DNA of 64,000 nt from a virus, in IMG/VR virus record IMGVR_UViG_3300009514_000888, positions 122,299-186,298 of that record. One strand, 5' to 3'. Shown here piece after piece: positions 63,835-64,000 of this stretch. The notes below the pieces were generated by a model that worked only from the letters and a program-made list of their open reading frames with translations, did no database searches and had not been told where the DNA came from. The number at the start of each line of letters is the position of its first letter. Positions within the stretch are counted from its first letter, which is position 1. Made by a program: the position numbers and the translations under genes.

Positions 63835-64000
63835 ATGGCATTTGTACAATGGTATCAATTCTTCCTGGATTCGGCTACAGCATCCAGTAGTAGCTCATCG
63901 ATCAGCAGCTCTCGATCATCATCGAGCAGCAGCCGCTCATCGAGCAGTAGCTCTGTAAGCAGCTCCCGATCATCGAGCAGCTCTCGCTCATCGAGCAGCA
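63835..64000 (+). CDS. Poly-serine protein, 3' partial
   Basis: MAFVQWYQFFLDSATA then 33 Ser in the last 39 complete codons; runs off the window. Confidence 0.7.
   Translation, partial: MAFVQWYQFFLDSATASSSSSSISSSRSSSSSSRSSSSSSVSSSRSSSSSRSSSS
63883..64000 (+). repeat. Imperfect tandem repeat (TCATCGAGCAG units) encoding Ser-rich SSSRSSSSS units
   Basis: Direct reading of the sequence. Confidence 0.85.

Larger units (their letters stand above)
1..64000 (+). mobile_element. Segment of a large tailed virus genome (morphogenesis region plus glycan-modification genes)
   Basis: Tape measure protein, tail tube, frameshifted tail chaperone, head-tail adaptors, PhoH, homing endonucleases and many short hypothetical genes; no bacterial housekeeping genes; SD sites and overlapping stop/start codons. 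Confidence 0.9.

Noticed and set aside
1-64000. Alternative genetic code (TAG reassigned), prompted by the TAG at 57942
   Set aside because: Long ORFs are intact in the standard code and several end in TAG right before the next start (50628/50636, 54373/54375, 61882/61883). Reading through TAG at 57942 still does not reach the main frame.
57918-64000. Diversity-generating retroelement or invertible shufflon acting on fibre genes
   Set aside because: No reverse transcriptase, template/variable repeat pair, invertase or inverted crossover sites seen in this window.
1-64000. CRISPR array, tRNA or rRNA genes; phage-nucleus (ChmA/PhuZ) or multisubunit RNA polymerase genes
   Set aside because: No regularly spaced repeats or cloverleaf-like sequence found in the few intergenic gaps; no tubulin signature or DxDGD polymerase motif recognised in the large orphans.

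Overview
The whole window reads as part of a large tailed prokaryotic virus (jumbo-phage-like, probably siphovirus-like because no tail sheath is recognisable). It is mostly a dense plus-strand operon layout with Shine-Dalgarno sites and ATGA-type gene coupling. Structural content: large fibre/adhesin-like proteins (8.5-22 kb), neck/head-tail adaptors, tail terminator, tail tube, two tail-assembly-chaperone paralogues with a -1 frameshift, a 1787-aa tape measure protein, and tail-tip/hub and fibre genes (50-64 kb). Interleaved with these is an unusually large glycan-building toolkit: Gmd plus Fcl (GDP-L-fucose), an RfaD/HldD-like epimerase, a further NDP-sugar epimerase carrying an intein, about six glycosyltransferases (GT9-like, TPR-GT9, GT8-like, GT4), four sulfotransferase-like proteins and two SAM methyltransferases. 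A poly-serine protein starts at the right edge. Other notable items: an actin-fold ATPase resembling haloarchaeal volactin just before the neck genes, a LAGLIDADG endonuclease-DNA methyltransferase fusion, a ~177-bp IS200/IS605-type mini-element with omega-RNA-like structure, and a 7-nt insertion (TAGCTAG) breaking codon 8/9 of a 1166-aa tail gene. All product calls come from motifs recognised by eye; no searches were run. The host is not determinable from this window. No tRNA, rRNA or CRISPR array was seen.
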